Both the position numbers and the translations under genes were made by a program. From Camelus ferus (Eukaryota): a stretch of DNA of 64,000 bases. Where the stretch lies: contig NC_045697.1 in the NCBI RefSeq assembly GCF_009834535.1, positions 71,860,001-71,924,000 on the forward strand, read 5' to 3'. Below the pieces are notes generated by a model that saw only the letters and a list, made by a program, of their open reading frames with translations, was not told the origin of the DNA and made no database searches. Shown here in pieces: positions 61,691 to 64,000 of the stretch. Each line of letters begins with the position of its first letter. Positions within the stretch are counted from its first letter, which is position 1.

Positions 61691-64000
61691 AGAGAACTAT
61701 ATCCCCCAGGGCTTTGGAAATATTGTCATGAAGTTCTATCAATGAACTTAGCATGGATTCTAGAGTGGTTCTAATGACGTCCTCTCCCAGCACCTCTCTA
61801 ACGTGCTAATCATATCACAGAGGGCCTCATGATTTCTCCTCTCTTCCCAGTTCTACATAAAGTTTAACTCACCAGATGCTCTGCCCTCACCAGCCAGTCT
61901 TTTCTATTTCCTCTCTCCAGTCCTGCAATTTCCCTAGGTTTAATTTAACTCCTTATCAGACACAAAGTGTTGACTATAGACCCAAGTCTAACAAATTTGG
62001 TTCCCAAATTCTTCTGTAGTCTCAGATGATATGTCTTTCTTTTACCATTTTGATTGTGGTAACCAACAGAAATGGCTTGATCTGGCTCCTAGTTAAATGC
62101 CTTTTGTAAACTCATTAAACTTTTTTTTTTCTATTTCTCTAGTTATAAAGTTTCATGGCATTGGGATATTTGGAGGTTTTATAATTTAATTGTAGAAAAC
62201 ATTTGCAGATGAACAGAATACATAATGGTTACTATTATAATGTGACTGTTCCCTGAAGGTTATCTTTCTCTCCCTTTACCACTCCAGGTGTAGCAAAAGA
62301 GTGGAAATTTTGTATCTCTGCAGGGTACACATTCTAAGATATTAGACAACATTGTGAAGGACCAAAGTGGTAATCAATCTCAGTAAAGTACTGTTCAGAA
62401 TGGCTTTTGTTTCACCAGGTCCAGAAAAGCAGAATGTGCCCTCTGTATGACTTTACATTTAGCACTAAGATACATTTTTAAAACTAAGTGCTTATTGCTA
62501 CTGGAAATTCATAATTATTCTCCAATTATATATTGCCCAATGTGTGCTCCCATTCTTTTTTATGTAGTTTTTAATCATAGAAACAGGGGAAATTTTCAGT
62601 TCCTGCTGTGTGGAACAGTACTACATCATATTCAGTAGTTTGCCACCTAATGACAAAAAATTAACTAGAACAAAATTGAGTTTATGGAAGAAATCAACCA
62701 ATACTTTTAACAAGCAGTCATGTAATAAAGGACTCATTGAATCATAGCTTCTCTGTTCTTCATCAAGAACTAGTCAACTCTTTTGCAAAATATGTGAGAC
62801 TGTGAATTTCTCTGTGACTACACACTCATTTTAATCATCCTCATATCACAGCTGACAGCTCTTTTCTGACAAATTTGGTTCTGAGCAAGTTAATCAAAAT
62901 TCCATTTCCAAAGTTATGATATTTGGTATTGTTTAATTAAGTTTTATTTTTAGTAAGGCAGAACATTTTTCCATATAGAAGATTCTCTTAAAAATTATCG
63001 TTAGAGTTTTCTTTTCTATCACTCGATCATATTAAGACTTTGCTGAGAAGAGTCACTGCTGGAACAAATCATTAATTGGAAGAAAAAACCTTAGGATGCC
63101 TACCTCTGACTCCAGGATATTAGATATTGCTTTGATTCTGAATAATTAACTTTATACAGGAAAAAAAACCAGTAATAACTATCACTTGACAACTACCATG
63201 TCATGTCAATGTTTCCATGGAGATAGTTATTTGATTCTCTTGCCTAACAATCGTCATTTTAAAATCTAATCTGAGCATCTATGTCTTTGGATCAGTTTTA
63301 TGCATTTATATTTATTGTAATTACTGTTGCATTTGGATTTCTTCCTGACAGACTATTGTACATTCCTTCTGCATATTCTCTTATTTCCCACTCTCTCCTT
63401 TCCTATCTTCCATTGGATGAATAGATTATTTTTAGCTGGTTTATTTCTACACTTCCGGTGGTTATCACTAATTTACTGATAACACATATCTGTTTACTTT
63501 TTCCTAACATTTTAAGCCTATCCAGAGCTAAATTGTTCCCTTTTAAAATGTCAAGGGCCAACTCACAGCTAGCAATTGTGTGTGAATTAGAGAAGGGCAA
63601 CCCTTCTTGAGGAAAAAAATGTTTTAAATCAGCCTGGGGGTTTTCTGGAGCCCTGGTGAGCAGCAGCCCTGCCTCCCTGAAGGCACACATGTGCTCCTCT
63701 CCGCAGCTCAGGCATCATATCCAAGGGGCCCATTCGACTCAGGTCTCCACTCCACGCATTGGCCATTAAGACAGTGATGTGAGGGCCAGAACGCAGGCCC
63801 TAATGATCTGTCTAAGATGTTTATGTAATGTAAATGATGCGTCTTTGGTGTGATGTCATCATGCAGCACAGACATGAAGCCCTGTCTGCTGTAGTGCTGC
63901 CTGAACAAGGCGAAAGCTTCAGCATTAACCTGCCTCCTCTGGTCCCTCCACAAGCATACGGGCATCACGTAAAATGCTTTAGGTCTGGATTGTTTGGGAT

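Overview
AT-rich, CpG-poor mammalian genomic DNA. It is not prokaryotic: there are no operons, CRISPR arrays or rRNA. Two tRNA-derived SINEs (GGGGAGGGTATAGCTCAGTGGTAGAG...GGTTCAATCCCCAGTACCTC, one with an AAATAAACCTAATTACC tail) look like the camelid Vic-1 family, and the young L1 3' ends are of cetartiodactyl type, so the source is probably a camel, alpaca or llama. I recognise no protein-coding gene or functional RNA gene. The ORFs in the track are short and chance-like, and the longer ones lie inside decayed repeats. The window reads as intergenic or deep-intronic sequence dominated by ancient interspersed repeats: MIR, L2, L3/CR1, old L1M, MaLR/ERVL/ERV1 solo LTRs, and the DNA transposons MER20, MER3, MER5 and MER44/Tigger7. 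There are a few lineage-specific L1 and SINE insertions. The most notable items are a CpG-rich promoter-like patch overlapping an ancient L2 (37.5-37.75 kb), candidate small exons including a 15-nt microexon-like cassette at 7193-7207, enhancer-like motif clusters in unique DNA, and nested-repeat or duplication scars. I cannot support a novel biological system from the sequence alone. Repeat families were matched to consensus sequences from memory, subfamily calls are tentative, and boundaries are approximate.
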